The translations under genes and the position numbers were made by a program. This document shows, one piece after another, positions 50,401-64,000 of a stretch of 64,000 nucleotides of DNA. The DNA lies in NCBI GenBank assembly GCA_030141605.1, contig JAQGDQ010000073.1, positions 650,261-714,260 on the forward strand, written 5' to 3'. The DNA comes from Tubiluchus corallicola. Its lineage: Eukaryota; Animalia; Priapulida. The notes under the pieces were generated by a model, which was given only the letters and a program-made list of their open reading frames with translations, had not been told where the DNA came from and searched no databases. The first letter of the stretch is position 1. Every line of letters starts with the position of its first letter.

Positions 50401-53400
50401 TTGGGGTTATAAAAAGTTTGGTTGCATTTTAGCTCCCGTCTTGTTAGGTTTTATTATTGTTTACCCGTGTGTCGCTTAATTGGTATTCTAAAGCTAGGTG
50501 ATGTGCTAGCCGCTTAGCTGCTTTTGGTTGATAGCTGGCGTGAAGCTGCATAGCTGCCGCTTAATTTGTCTTGCTGCTTGGCTATCTTTGACTGCATTCT
50601 TTGCTACCTAGCTGCTACCTGTCAAAAGTCTGGTAAAGCTGAGTTTATATGTAACCTGGATCACTGGATAGATACCTGGCAATGAAACGGCCTGGCTGCC
50701 GTTTGATTGACAGGTTGTAGTGAGGCTACTTGGGTGCTGCTACTTGATTGACAATTTGACAGGTGGCACAGCTATAGGGTTGCGCTGTTACCTAGCGTGA
50801 GAGGCAAGGGTTAAATTGAAGCGACACGCTGCGAGAGTTGCGGGCAAATTACAGGTATTTTCAGGTGAGATTATATATTTGGACGGGCTGAGTTAATAAC
50901 CCATAAGTGAGAAATTGAGATAACCGAGAGAGAACGTTATGATTTGTAGACTGGCGGGATTTGAGGTTTGTGGTTTAAAAGCAGCGGAGAAAAAGGCTTC
51001 GGCGCTATTCAAGACACCAAGTGTCTACTAATTTGTTTGTGTCCTTGACTTGTTTATTTGGGCGAACTAGGAATTTTTGGTATGTCCTGCCAGCAATATT
51101 TTCAGTTTTTGTAATGTTGGCTGCTTGCTGCAAAAAAGTTATACGACGATTTCGAAATGTTATTTGTCCGACATAGCTTTGTTTTGCTTTTGCTGTAAGA
51201 CTGAATCCTGAATCGACTACATCGACATCGACATTTTTATTTGTATAGATTGTGTGTGATTATAACTTTATGTGTACGTACTTAAAAATCTTTTTGTATC
51301 CCTGCCCAACTGCCCGTCGCCTATTAAACTTAAATGATGGAGCTACGAGTTTTAAACATTGACATGATACAACTGAACCTCTTTATTAGGATGAGTGAAC
51401 AAATAACATCTGCTGTTCTGCTGTGCATCATTGAAACCGAGAAAATCACGTCCTTTTACGCATTATTCACATTGAAGCCCATCAAAACTGTTTTACCAAG
51501 CAGAAGCCATTTCAAATAGGAGGCCGCTAAGTGCTTCGTTTAGTCTAAATTAGAATTTGAAACCTGCATAACAAAGTTGTTTTCGCTACGCAGAAAAACT
51601 GCAAACCATTTACTTTTTTCCATTATTCCGCCATGACAGCTGCATGATAATCGCTGGCGCACAAAAAGACCAATCTTGCAGGGACACAAAAAAGCCAATC
51701 TTGTCGGAACACAAAAACCGAAAAAAGTGCTTATAACAGATATGTAAACTTGCACAAAATTGGAAACCGCTTTCTTTTATCAGTAAAGTTTATAATCACG
51801 GACGAAAAAGGCAATCTTGAATAAAAAAGACAAGATTGGAAAAGCTCTTGCTTGTACTGGTATTGGAACGTTTGTCAACGGTATTTAGTGAGAATGTCGT
51901 CACAATCTAGTTCATTTTAATGCAGACCAAAGCTCGACGGGCTTTTTGTAAATCGGAAAGTGACTTGTTAAAGCCACTGATATTGGGCATAAAGAGTTCT
52001 CGTCTCGGCACAATGCCAATGATTTTTCAACACTAGCATGGGAATTTCATGTGAACTAAAATACTGACAGACTGAAATATTAAGGCAGAGAAGTTGAAAC
52101 TCCAAGGTGAGGCCCAATGTCAACATATGTAAATTCTCTGCCTTTTTGCATAAATAAATAAAAGACGTTGCTGTTGCGTGATAAAGAACGTAGTTTCCAG
52201 CGGAGAGCTTTGCTAAACTATCCCACTTTGACAGCACTATTACAGCCGTCATACCACTGCACCACCGTCACTGGTACGGCTCTAGTGCCAGGTATGAAAT
52301 ACGAGTTTTCTTTCTTATCCGTGAGTGCTAGCGTCGCAGATCTAGAAGAACCATTTTTCATTGTGTTAGGGATCCAGATTAGCTACCTGCGATAGGGGTT
52401 TTGAAAATGCTGTGATGAACATTGACTTCGGTCAATGGATCGAAGACGCTGGACAGTTTTTCCATTGCAATTCAACTCCTTGCGAGTATTTAAATAATAT
52501 GTATGGTGTATACCTGGGCTTTAAAAACTAGGATTCTTTATGGGCCCGAGCTGGAAGCCAAAATGCGTAACACTAAACGACTCTAAGTTTATAACAAGTA
52601 AAGTCACAAAACTTGCAGGGAAATCAGTTGGGGTAGAAATTTAGAAAATTTTGTGATTAAAAAGCTTGTATTATTTTAGCACCGGAGATAGGATTTCAAT
52701 CCAGGTTTTATTCAAATTAACTCTCCAACGAATACGTCCGCAGTCATGAAACTTGTAGGGTAACATCTGGCTTAAAGGTGCCCTCCCAAGTTTTGAGTTT
52801 AATTCGTTTCTTTCGTAAATAGTTAGGTAATGTGGGATAATAATCTATAACCGCGCACGACCAGGTGGTATCATGTGGTTCACACGGTCACGGAGTTGGA
52901 TCTGAATTCATTCGGTTTCGGGTACTTTTATGGAAATTATTTTAACACAGATTACTAAATGAAGCTTCTAACATTTTAACAGCTTAAGAGAAAATATTCT
53001 CTCACTCCACGTGGCATGTAATTAGTATGTAAGCGGGAACTTACTGATGTGTTTTTATTGTCGTAGATATCAAAAATTTGATGTAATTTTTTACAACAGA
53101 ACATTCAATGTAAAATTTACTTGTTGCAGTTAATCTGACCTTGAAATAAAATGATAATGTGATGTAGTCTTCCACAAATATAAATACTAAAGTACTTAGA
53201 CTGTTGTCAGGTCATGTGAGCTCATTAATTTAAAATAAAGTAGCATATCGTCGCATTTTATTTAGAAAACAAGGCCGTTTTCATTTTTCAGCTTATAACT
53301 GAAGTAAGAAGTACAAAAGTCAGAAAGACAAAGCGGAAACTAATTGTTTATGGCAACATTAACGCAAATTTGGATTCAAACACTTATAATCTTGAATGAA

Positions 53401-56400
53401 ATAGGAAAACCCGTCTAATACTGATATTGATAAAAATTTAGCCTTGCATTTATAATATGTTTTTTGCGTAGTTTACTGCTGCGGGCCATTTACCTAATCT
53501 AGCAATATTGTCATTAACATTAACCCCACGCATGCGAAATCTGATTATGTACGATTTACTCCAGGCTAAAATTGAATCGTGTAAATGTTTAGATGTTACT
53601 ATTGCTTTGCGCTGGGCACTTACAATGAACACTAGGCTTCTCATATATGATTTTGCAGCTTTGGCAAAAAACTTAAATCCATTGAAAAAAATCGATGAAA
53701 TCATATCAATGAGGATATGTGATCTGAATGGTAAAGGGTTGAGCGTCCTATTACAAGACTAATCAGAATAGAAAGCTTACAATATGTTGAGGAAAAACTC
53801 GCTCGACACTCCACATAAAAGCTCTCATGTCAGTATGGCGTACTGGCTTTGCAAACGTGCACTAAGTTAAGGATCCAGGACATTAAGTTACTCATAGTTG
53901 CTACAGTGTAAATACAATGCAATGCAATGTGTCGTGTTTTCTTTCCTATATCCAGTTGTCATACAAACACAGTAATGGTGAAGGGTGATGGAGCCACAAT
54001 AATTAGGATGCAGTTAAAAGAAATGGAACAATAGTGTCTTAAGTTGACAGAATTGTCCGAAGAGCTCGTAGTTTTGACGAATTTCGATTATGGCGCCTCC
54101 TGCATTTTAAGAGAACAGGGCATGATGGGCGTTGAAAGAACTGCACGATTTGTATAACATTTAGTTAAAAGAAGTGGCTTGAAGGCAGCTTCTCTGTTAA
54201 ACTAACAGTCCAAGTAGCTGTATTCATAGTAAACGAACCGCAAGTGCGGCGCTACTTTTATAGTTAAAAGTATAGGGAGAATATCGAGATGTCGTCGAAA
54301 GAACTACGAAATTGTTATATAAAATAACCGGGTAAAGAAATATACAGAACTGCATGCAGGTAAATGACCAACTGAAGAGTTCTCGCGCAGCAAACATTTC
54401 ATGCGTGGGACCTCATTTATTTGATTAACATATCTTGTGGGTTTTGCCAACGTGTTTGACAGATAGGTAGGCAGCGAGAAGCTTAAAGCTTCATTATTTT
54501 TTGTTTCGTTTATGAACGAATTTCGTTTATCCATGTCACACAGGGTAGCTACAAATAGCACGCATAGTATGAAAGTATTTTTTAGTTAGAAACTACCTGT
54601 TTGTCCCGCAACAGAAGCCATTGCCGGACAAAACGGCTTCGCTAGAAACCAACACAATAAAAAAGCGCTTAAGAATGATTTTTGGTATGTTTTTATTTTT
54701 CACGTTAATGATTGAAGTGCTTGTGCTTTCATGTGTTACTTAAATGCATCCTATAACAGGGTAGATAAATAGTGGGTTGGACCTTTGAGTTATTTTTTTT
54801 ATATTGTTGTGTTAGCTTATTACGAAATCGAACACAATGCTGTATCTATGTTTACAATATATAGCAAACCCGGGCTATCATTCATTGCTAAGTTGTTAAC
54901 TTTGGTACTTGAATAATTTTTCATATATCCCCAAGTTTTTCATTAAGATTTTTTATTTCGTTTCTCTTTTTTTCGTTTAAATCGCAAATTATTAGTCTGC
55001 GAATCAATAAAACAGGCTTCATTTTTATTCAAAACGCTAAAAGAATTTATTAACGTTTTAGAGTCAATTAAGCCCTGGCATGGGCAAATACTATATTTTT
55101 ATCCGGGTGCAAATTTACATCACAGGGAAATCTGTTACATTTGCTCATTACTACCACTCCCCTTTGTTATGTCTGCTCTCCATGCCATGCTGGAGGACCA
55201 GCCACGAGTGGTTTCAGAAATCTCATTAAAATCAATTTCGCTTGCCACTGTAGAGCCTGTGTGAATTTATGCGGCATTTTTAATTATAACTGCAATGATG
55301 CAATAATTATAAAGAAGCACTGTGACTTTTACATGGCGTGCATTCTTGAGGGGCAGTTTGATACTTTTGTAAAAATGAGTTATCTTTCTCCTCGAGCAAC
55401 TTATAAATTGAATTGAATTATAAAGGCATACACACATACGCCACATGTCACGACTACATAAATTTGAATTATAATGATCGTCATCATCATATGGGTCTGA
55501 ATATTAGCAGTATTCGAATAGCGCTTTTGGGATAGAACAAAAGAACGAAAAGGCTATTAATGCCACGTGGACGGGATTGGGTTTGGTGAGATGCTGAATT
55601 AAGGTGAGTATGGTCTTTATCAGATTATTTGAAGGTGAAACACCCCTGCATCGGTGCGGTTCAAAGTTAAAGTAGTGCAGGCGGTGAGAAGATATTTTTT
55701 GTGTGACTCAAACTTCCATGGCTGCTTTCTCATTACGTGTAGTAAGACAGTCATGCTGTTTATATTTTCTGAATTTATATAATATCTGTAATCTTCTAAA
55801 TCTACTGCTGTAATCTGCCATTGCTGCTAGGAGACCGTCAAATATGCCGGGCCACTGATTTGATTACGTCCACATAATTGCTCTGTCCAGCGTATGACAT
55901 CGTGGACGTTATTATATCACAGTTCCTCTAGGACCGCCAGAGGGCAGAGCGGGCACCAGGGGTGCAACGTCCATTAAAACTTGATAACCACGTCTTTTGT
56001 TTTAAAATTCCGTTTGGACGTGTTTAGGGGCCTTTTCGGTGAGGTCTCGAGAATACTCAAAACTCATTATGATGATCATCAAACGATTATATAAAATTAT
56101 ATGGAGGTGACCAGTCCATATAGTAGACTGCTCTGCATATAAAGAGAAGCAGATGGAGTAACCCAAGAAGTCCCTAGGCAGCGTTTAGCTGCTTGATAAA
56201 AGGGAGGCGGCTATTACGTATCAGCTACGTAAAGGTTATTTCAGTTCAGATTATAGACGACCTCGTATATGTGGAAATATGTGAATGTTCATGTTATGGG
56301 GACCATAAATTAAGATGTAGTTGCAGCGTTTAGATCTACATGTAGTTTTTCATCAAAGATATAGTTTTTCAACATCTCAGCTTTTTTGAGCACATTACCT

Positions 56401-56481
56401 TGTACCATTCGGACCACTTTTGCATAGGAATCGTGTGAAATACGTTAAAAAGTCATTCACGCAGTTAGGGAGGAGGTTACA

Positions 56482-56832
56482 TCTTGTAGACCAGCAAACG
56501 CATAGCGTCCAGTAGACAGGAACTATCCGTATTTAATAAAGATGTTTGGCCAAAATTTCGAAAAAATCGCGAGTTGGGTCCGGGAAAACGCCGTGGCCCT
56601 CTCGCGAATTCTAAATATGCCCACTACACCCACCGCTGAACGGGCTATCTATCCATACCCAGCACCACCCTCGGTCCATTCCAGTTCTTCAGAAATAAGA
56701 GGTATAAGTTTTGCAAAAAACGGCCCGATTCGAAAAATAAACCATCAATGAGACGACACTAGATCGAGACTTTTCGTTTGATATATAGATCGCCGCAAAT
56801 GGTGCCGTCGTCCGGGCTGTAGCCTCGAATCT

Positions 56833-56864
<32 letters not shown>

Positions 56865-56889
56865 TACCAAGAATATTAATATAAGAGAT
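56482..56889 (+). mobile_element. Non-autonomous Helentron/DINE-like element with internal (TA)n
   Basis: GC/CpG-rich core, then TTTGATATATAGATCGCC...GGGCTGTAG, a (TA)14 tract at 56833-56860, and an AAGAAT...ATATAAGAGAT end. This architecture is recalled from HINE/DINE-1-like repeats; boundaries are approximate. Confidence 0.45.
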
Positions 56890-57897
56890 ACATAGTCCTG
56901 CGCAAAAACGTTCAAACGCGAATGAATGTAGGTGGGAATGGGCGGAATTCAGTTCTCTGTGAATGAATGAAAAAATGTATCTTTATTCTTTCGACGTCAG
57001 TTTCATGCAGAAACGCTCGGCCGTTTGATTTTGTATCCGATGTCTCTCTCGGGCGAATTAAGGCAAAACTTTTTTGTGTAAATTAGGTTTATGAAAATCT
57101 GAAAGGTCACTTATGATTTTTGCATCACATCTCAGGCGATCGTGCTGGTGTGTTTTCATTAAGAAATGCGACAAGAAAAACTGCTTATCCCCGAAAAAGC
57201 TGCTTATTTTTCCTGTAATCTTTAGCGCTACAATAGGATGAAACGTCTACTAGGCTCCACAAATGATATTAGCAGTCGAAAACACTCCTGTGATTGGCTT
57301 ACAAAAAAAAACATGTAAGGCACGTATCCAAAAATGCTGAACATCTTATATCATACTAGCATTAAGTGTGCTTTATGCGTTTGCTAACCTGGAAAATGAC
57401 ACGTAAGTGAATTACTAGTATCCTCAAGAAACGAAGGGTTAAAAAACTAATAACGCGTTGAAGTTATCAGCATATAAAACAATTGTGTACATGGTATAGA
57501 ACAATAATTTGAAAAAGATTAAAAAAAGTCGTAGATCATTCAAACTCAAACTCTCCTTAACGCGATTTTGGATATAATTGTAATAATGCAAGCGAAATCA
57601 ATGAAAAGAAAAATAATTTGTACATATTACCTTGCTTTGTTTTGGCGAAATGCGGCTGTATTTGCCATGCCAACATCTCCTCAGTCAAAACTGTGTTTAG
57701 TAAATATTAAGAATTTGCTGCATTTATGTGCCTTCTTCTCAGATTTTATATTCGGTGTAATACAGATTTATATTCGGTGTAATTATAAATAAATAAATAA
57801 ACTTGAAACTTGTTTTGTTGTTAACGATTTTATGAAAAAGCTGTTACTGATTCTCGATTTGTCTCACCGAAAGCTTGCAAATTTGCTTTCTAGATGG

Positions 57898-60139
57898 CGC
57901 TAAAAGTGACAGGAATATTCCATTTAACGACAAAATTCGGAATGCCTCAGTTTGAGCTTCGTCTTCTATGTAACAGGGTGTTTTTTAATAAAAAATCCTT
58001 TGTTTTCTTTGTTAGAGGGGAACATTTTAAGAAGCCAGCCTCACCCACCCGACTAAAACACCCACTTTTTCAGATTAAATCAGTGACGGGAAGCCGCGAG
58101 TAGAAAAATCATTTTTGTTCTATTGTTCACATTTAACAGAACATCTCACCTGCAAAATTGCCAGGTAAAAAAACTAATTAAGGTTGCCACCTGTGATAAT
58201 AAAGGTGCACAGTAAGAAATCATTACATCACATATGTAACGCAGGTAGCTGCAGTTTTCATGTGAATTTTGCAATCCGCATTGAACGGGTAAACGCAGGG
58301 AAAATTGTTTATGGGAGGGACGGAGTGCGGGTATTATGTCACTTTATTGAAATGTAGACGAACTAACCCTTTTAGTGATATTATAGTGTTTTAACAAAAA
58401 TACAATTTTGATCATATGATATAAGTCTTAAGTATGTTGTCAGTGACACTTATGTGTATAATGTACATATCACCTGAATCTACATACTATGTATATCTCA
58501 TAAATCCATATTATGGTGTATGCTTACCACTTATATAATGGTGTCTACTCTAGGATTAAGATACTTTGTTTACGTTTTCATCTGTCAGTGAAAATGGTAA
58601 CGTATATATAAATAATTTAATACTCCTGTCAACATAATGTTTTCAATTTTTGTAATAAATCTTAGTACTTTTACGTGTTGTTGTTTTAATATACTAATTT
58701 CATAATTTTTTGACTTTTTTATGGTTATTCTTTCATCTCACCAGATGTTGCTATGTTTGAGAGCCTGTATTATTATGTTTTTATATGTCAGTAAATTAAA
58801 TTAAATTAATAAACACTTCGTAAGTCATAATTCCGTAATTAATGAACGAATTTGCGCTAACTTGGCTCTTCTTATATGAATACCGCTTATTTTGTGTATA
58901 TCTGGTTTTATTAGAACTAATTTTGACCGTATTGTTGGACTACAATGGTTTCCATTGCCAAATCATTTCCTGGCCTATCGCATAATTTTAGTGCATTCAT
59001 TCGTGCTTGATTACTATATGCACTACAACTTGCAGAGACGCGTCGTAAATAGTGTGAACGGGACCTAAGCAGCAAACCTTGGCTGACTATAGATGTCTAG
59101 AAATGTTAAATCCTGATTTTGTTTGTAAATTCCTAAAGTCCGGATAATCTTGCTTATCTCCGCCCGTGGCCACGCGGTGCGCCATTCTCTACGTAAATCG
59201 CAACGCGCGTTACTACTTAGCTAGTAACAATTTCAGCTTTTGTTTGTCAAGCGCGTGGAGTAAGATAGATTTCTTAATAGAATAACCTATTATGTGCCAA
59301 TGGATGCCGGAAGTTCTATGGCAAAAATGGATTTCACTTGGCGTAAAAGCCGTTGTTCAGTCACTTTACACTTTTTCGAAAAGCACTGTAATTGTTGTAG
59401 CACGCGGCAGGTCTGAGTTCGTTTCTCGGTAGGACAAAAACTTTTAGACGTTCTGACTTCTATTTATTGCTCTCTTTGTACAGTTACTAACAACAGATGT
59501 TTACCAGAATAAGATCCACATTTCCATTTGTATGCATGCGTGTTTTATCTACTAAAATGAGTGTTTAAATTACTACATTATGTAGAGATTCGGCTTAGAT
59601 CACCCGGTCTTGATGGTATGGCTAACTCATTTAGATTTGGTATGAGCAGGTAATTTACTTTCTGTAACTCAGAAGGCATATTTTGTAACATACTTTTCAG
59701 TTTTATACCATATTACCTGTCTTTAAGATTTCCTGCTTACCTGATATTACCTGTTCAGGTTGTCACTGTACACACACGGGTCGGTGTTATCTTGCACTTT
59801 CTTCACGCCAGTCTTTGTAGATCTTTGCTTCTCTATGTACTCTTCGGAGAAGAGTAAACACCATTTTCACTTTAGACCAGACGTGATTAATCGATGGCTG
59901 ATGCAAGATGTGTCCGTTTTAGGTATTTTTGGCTTCGTGTGAATATATATTGTTTTTAAAATAGAATTTCAATGTCACGAAACTAGGTGTCGTTTATTTA
60001 ATAAGTTTACAACTTCTGGGTTATTAGAGTTGGCTCTTTTTACCTGTAAATCTTGAAGTGTTTTGTTACCCATTTTAACAATTTGTTTTTAAAACCCGAG
60101 AAATCTTCATGTTTGTTTGCATTTTGTAATTTAATCTAC
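57898..60139 (+). repeat. Left arm of giant inverted repeat (true start probably further left)
   Basis: Reverse complement of 61761-64000, with fewer than about 10 differences spotted, including two 1-bp indels. ORF pairs 57894/63795 and 59760/61958 mirror each other. Confidence 0.97.
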
Positions 60140-61760
60140 AACTGCTATACTTTCTAAATTTCTCTCATAATCAAGCTAGTTAGGTATGCTATACCTATAT
60201 GTAAGAGTGCTCATAATAAAAAGTAACCAAGAATAAAAAATGATTTCCAGCACAGCAAACTTCAGTCTATCTCCTAGTTCCTACTTATATCTTGTTGGTT
60301 TAACAAACAACGTGCTTAAAACAAAGGTAACCTCTTTCTCTAGATAACGCCCCTTCTTACATTGATAATTAAATTGTGAGAATCTGACATGTTCAGAATC
60401 ATTTTTGACGGAAGGTGTTAAAAGAGGAGCGGTTGAAATCATGCAATGTGAAACCATGCTGCTGGTATAGGTGGATAATGACGCTATCGGTTAACATTTA
60501 CAGTAATTGTACCATTTATTATTCACTAACCTTGTAAAACTTTAATGGCTGAAGACATAGCGCAGTTTTCCAGGCTTGCACAATTGATAATCGATGCTGA
60601 CAAAAACGACTATACAGGTAAACGATAAAAATAATCTCGTACAATTTGCTTGTCTGTCTGTCTACATAACGGAGTTACCTTCCCGTCTACTTGCCTGCCT
60701 GCATGTACTGAGTGTCTAAATGTCTGAATGTCTCTGAACTGTATCAAGTGAAAATGATGCCTCGTGCAGCCTTCGATAAAGTGGGAGATTTCGTGCCTTA
60801 AGCAGTGGCGTTAAGTTACTTAACTGGGACGGATTTCTTTTGGGTACCTCTAATGTTCTCGCCCGGGATTCCTCTAAAGATAGTGGTTTTTCTTGTGTAC
60901 AAAGAAAAAGGCAACATTAGTTTGCTGATAGAAATTCAACAAAATAACACTCCAGAAGGGAATAATGAGTACTATACCTAACAAAATTTTATAAGGAAAC
61001 TATCAGAGAACACATGAACTAATTTTCAGCGCCAAATGAGCAAATCTGAATTTCCACCATGAGCTTAATGACAACCGAAATGCAATGACGAAAAACCAGT
61101 GGAAGGGGCACAAAAATACAGCCAAACATTTAGTAATACAAACTTACATGTTTTCATCAACAAAATTATGACTAATAAATAGTAACTGTGCCACTGTATT
61201 TTTAAAATTGTACATGTTGTACGTAAATGCAGTACATGCATTTCGAATTGAGACGCAAAAATTCGGGAACACAAAATAATAAAACCTGCGTTGCATCAAT
61301 GCCTCACTTTTAAACCTACCGCTGTACAGGTAAACTATGAGACGCAGTTACGTTCATCAATAGTAACTGATCACTTTAAGAAATGATTAATTAATTAAAG
61401 CGATATCAATTAAATACTGACCAGTCAAGTCATAAATCACAAGCGTATGAATTAGTGAGTAAGGCTGACAACGTCTCCATGTAAAAACCACATGGCTTAA
61501 TTATGCACAGTCACAACGAACACAGCAGAAAACAATACGGTAAAAGAATGGTGGTGGCAACTATAATAATAGTGGATATCATGATCGCCAAATTTGTAAT
61601 TTTCAATAAGATTTTTCTAAGATTTTCCCATTTGTCAACAGTTACAAGGAAAAGCACGATAAAATTGGCACACAAACTAGAACTTGTTGCTGGTAAAATT
61701 TTACGTAATAGTACTTCAAGCTTTCATAAACTGACGAATAACACACTATCAACAGAATGC

Positions 61761-64000
61761 GTAGATTAAATTACAAAATGCAAACAAACATGAAGATTTC
61801 TCGGGTTTTAAAAACAAATTGTTAAAATGGGTAACAAAACACTTCAAGATTTACAGGTAAAAAGAGCCAACTCTAATAACCCAGAAGTTGTAAACTTATT
61901 AAATAAACGACACCTAGTTTCGTGACATTGAAATTCTATTTTAAAAACAATATATATTCACACGAAGCCAAAAATACCTAAAACGGACACATCTTGCATC
62001 AGCCATCGATTAATCACGTCTGGTCTAAAGTGAAAATGGTGTTTACTCTTCTCCGAAGAGTACATAGAGAAGCAAAGATCTACAAAGACTGGCGTGAAGA
62101 AAGTGCAAAATAACACCGACCCGTGTGTGTACAGTGACAACCTGAACAGGTAATATCAGGTAAGCAGGAAATCTTAAAGACAGGTAATATGGTATAAAAC
62201 TGAAAAGTATGTTACAAAATATGCCTTCTGAGTTACAGAAAGTAAATTACCTGCTCATACCAAATCTAAATGAGTTAGCCATACCATCAAGACCGGGTGA
62301 TCTAAGCCGAATCTCTACATAATGTAGTAATTTAAACACTCATTTTAGTAGATAAAACACGCATGCATACAAATGGAAATGTGGATCTTATTCTGGTAAA
62401 CATCTGTTGTTAGTAACTGTACAAAGAGAGCAATAAATAGAAGTCAGAACGTCTAAAAGTTTTTGTCCTACCGAGAAACGAACTCAGACCTGCCGCGTGC
62501 TACAACAATTACAGTGCTTTTCGAAAAAGTGTAAAGTCACTGAACAACGGCTTTTACGCCAAGTGAAATCCATTTTTGCCATAGAACTTCCGGCATCCAT
62601 TGGCACATAATAGGTTATTCTATTAAGAAATCTATCTTAGTCCACGCGCTTGACAAACAAAAGCTGAAATTGTTACTAGCTAAGTAGTAACGCGCGTTGC
62701 GATTTACGTAGAGAATGGCGCACCGCGTGGCCACGGGCGGAGATAAGCAAGATTATCCGGACTTTAGGAATTTACAACAAAATCAGGATTTAACATTTCT
62801 AGACATCTATAGTCAGCCAAGGTTTGCTGCTTAGGTCCCGTTCACACTATTTACGACGCGTCTCTGCAAGTTGTAGTGCATATAGTAATCAAGCACAAAT
62901 GAATGCACTAAAATTATGCGATAGGCCAGGAAATGATTTGGCAATGGAAACCATTGTAGTCCAACAATACGGTCAAAATTAGTTCTAATAAAACCAGATA
63001 TACACAAAATAAGCGGTATTCATATAAGAAGAGCCAAGTTAGCGCAAATTCGTTCATTAATTACGGAATTATGACTTACGAAGTGTTTATTAATTTAATT
63101 TAATTTACTGACATATAAAAACATAATAATACAGGCTCTCAAACATAGCAACATCTGGTGAGATGAAAGAATAACCATAAAAAAGTCAAAAAATTATGAA
63201 ATTAGTATATTAAAACAACAACACGTAAAAGTACTAAGATTTATTACAAAAATTGAAAACATTATGTTGACAGGAGTATTAAATTATTTATATATACGTT
63301 ACCATTTTCACTGACAGATGAAAACGTAAACAAAGTATCTTAATCCTAGAGTAGACACCATTATATAAGTGGTAAGCATACACCATAATATGGATTTATG
63401 AGATATACATAGTATGTAGATTCAGGTGATATGTACATTATACACATAAGTGTCACTGACAACATACTTAAGACTTATATCATATGATCAAAATTGTATT
63501 TTTATTAAAACACTATAATATCACTAAAAGGGTTAGTTCGTCTACATTTCAATAAAGTGACATAATACCCGCACTCCGTCCCTCCCATAAACATTTTTCC
63601 TGCGTTTACCCGTTCAATGCGGATTGCAAAATTCACATGAAAACTGCAGCTACCTGCGTTACATATGTGATGTAATGATTTCTTACTGTGCACCTTTATT
63701 ATCACAGGTGGCAACCTTAATTAGTTTTTTTACCTGGCAATTTTGCAGGTGAGATGTTCTGTTAAATGTGAACAATAGAACAAAAATGATTTTTCTACTC
63801 GCGGCTTCCCGTCACTGATTTAATCTGAAAAAGTGGGTGTTTTAGTCGGGTGGGTGAGGCTGGCTTCTTAAAATATTCCCCTCTAACAAAGAAAACAAAG
63901 GATTTTTTATTAAAAAACACCCTGTTACATAGAAGACGAAGCTCAAACTGAGGCATTCCGAATTTTGTCGTTAAATGGAATATTCCTGTCACTTTTAGCG
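61761..64000 (-). repeat. Right arm of giant inverted repeat (runs off the window)
   Basis: GTAGATTAAATTACAAAATG at 61761 pairs with 60120-60139, and base 64000 pairs with 57898. Confidence 0.97.

Noticed and set aside
59290-59346. LCANGCRKFYG, resembling the start of an A20 zinc finger, in the foldback arm
   Set aside because: A stop follows within a few codons and the second CxxC pair is absent; probably chance.
57894-63992. Duplicated small ORFs (57894/63795 and 59760/61958) as genes
   Set aside because: They are mirror images created by the inverted repeat, have no recognisable domain, and mostly use non-ATG starts.

Overview
AT-rich animal genomic DNA; the TCF N-terminus suggests a protostome, probably a lophotrochozoan (inference). 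In order along the window: (1) a decayed, internally deleted Academ-type DNA transposon (1-2201). (2) An intact 534-aa Tigger/pogo-derived (TIGD-like) ORF (3498-5102) with an altered catalytic triad (D184, D299, E332), eroded TIRs and an apparently spliced 5' leader, so a candidate domesticated transposase. (3) The promoter and first three coding exons of a TCF/LEF (pangolin) Wnt-effector gene (6996-7139, 7235-7292, 13924-14018), missed by the ORF track. (4) About 50 kb with no further recognisable TCF exon, probably one giant intron, filled with microsatellites, minisatellites, MITE/SINE/Helentron-like relics. (5) A near-perfect inverted repeat with arms of at least 2.24 kb around a 1.62-kb spacer (57898 to beyond 64000). 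The most interesting signals are an upstream ATG plus consensus splice donor that could make a TCF isoform lacking the beta-catenin-binding domain, a cluster of TCF sites in TCF's own promoter, the TIGD-like gene, and the foldback. All calls were made by eye, with no database searches.
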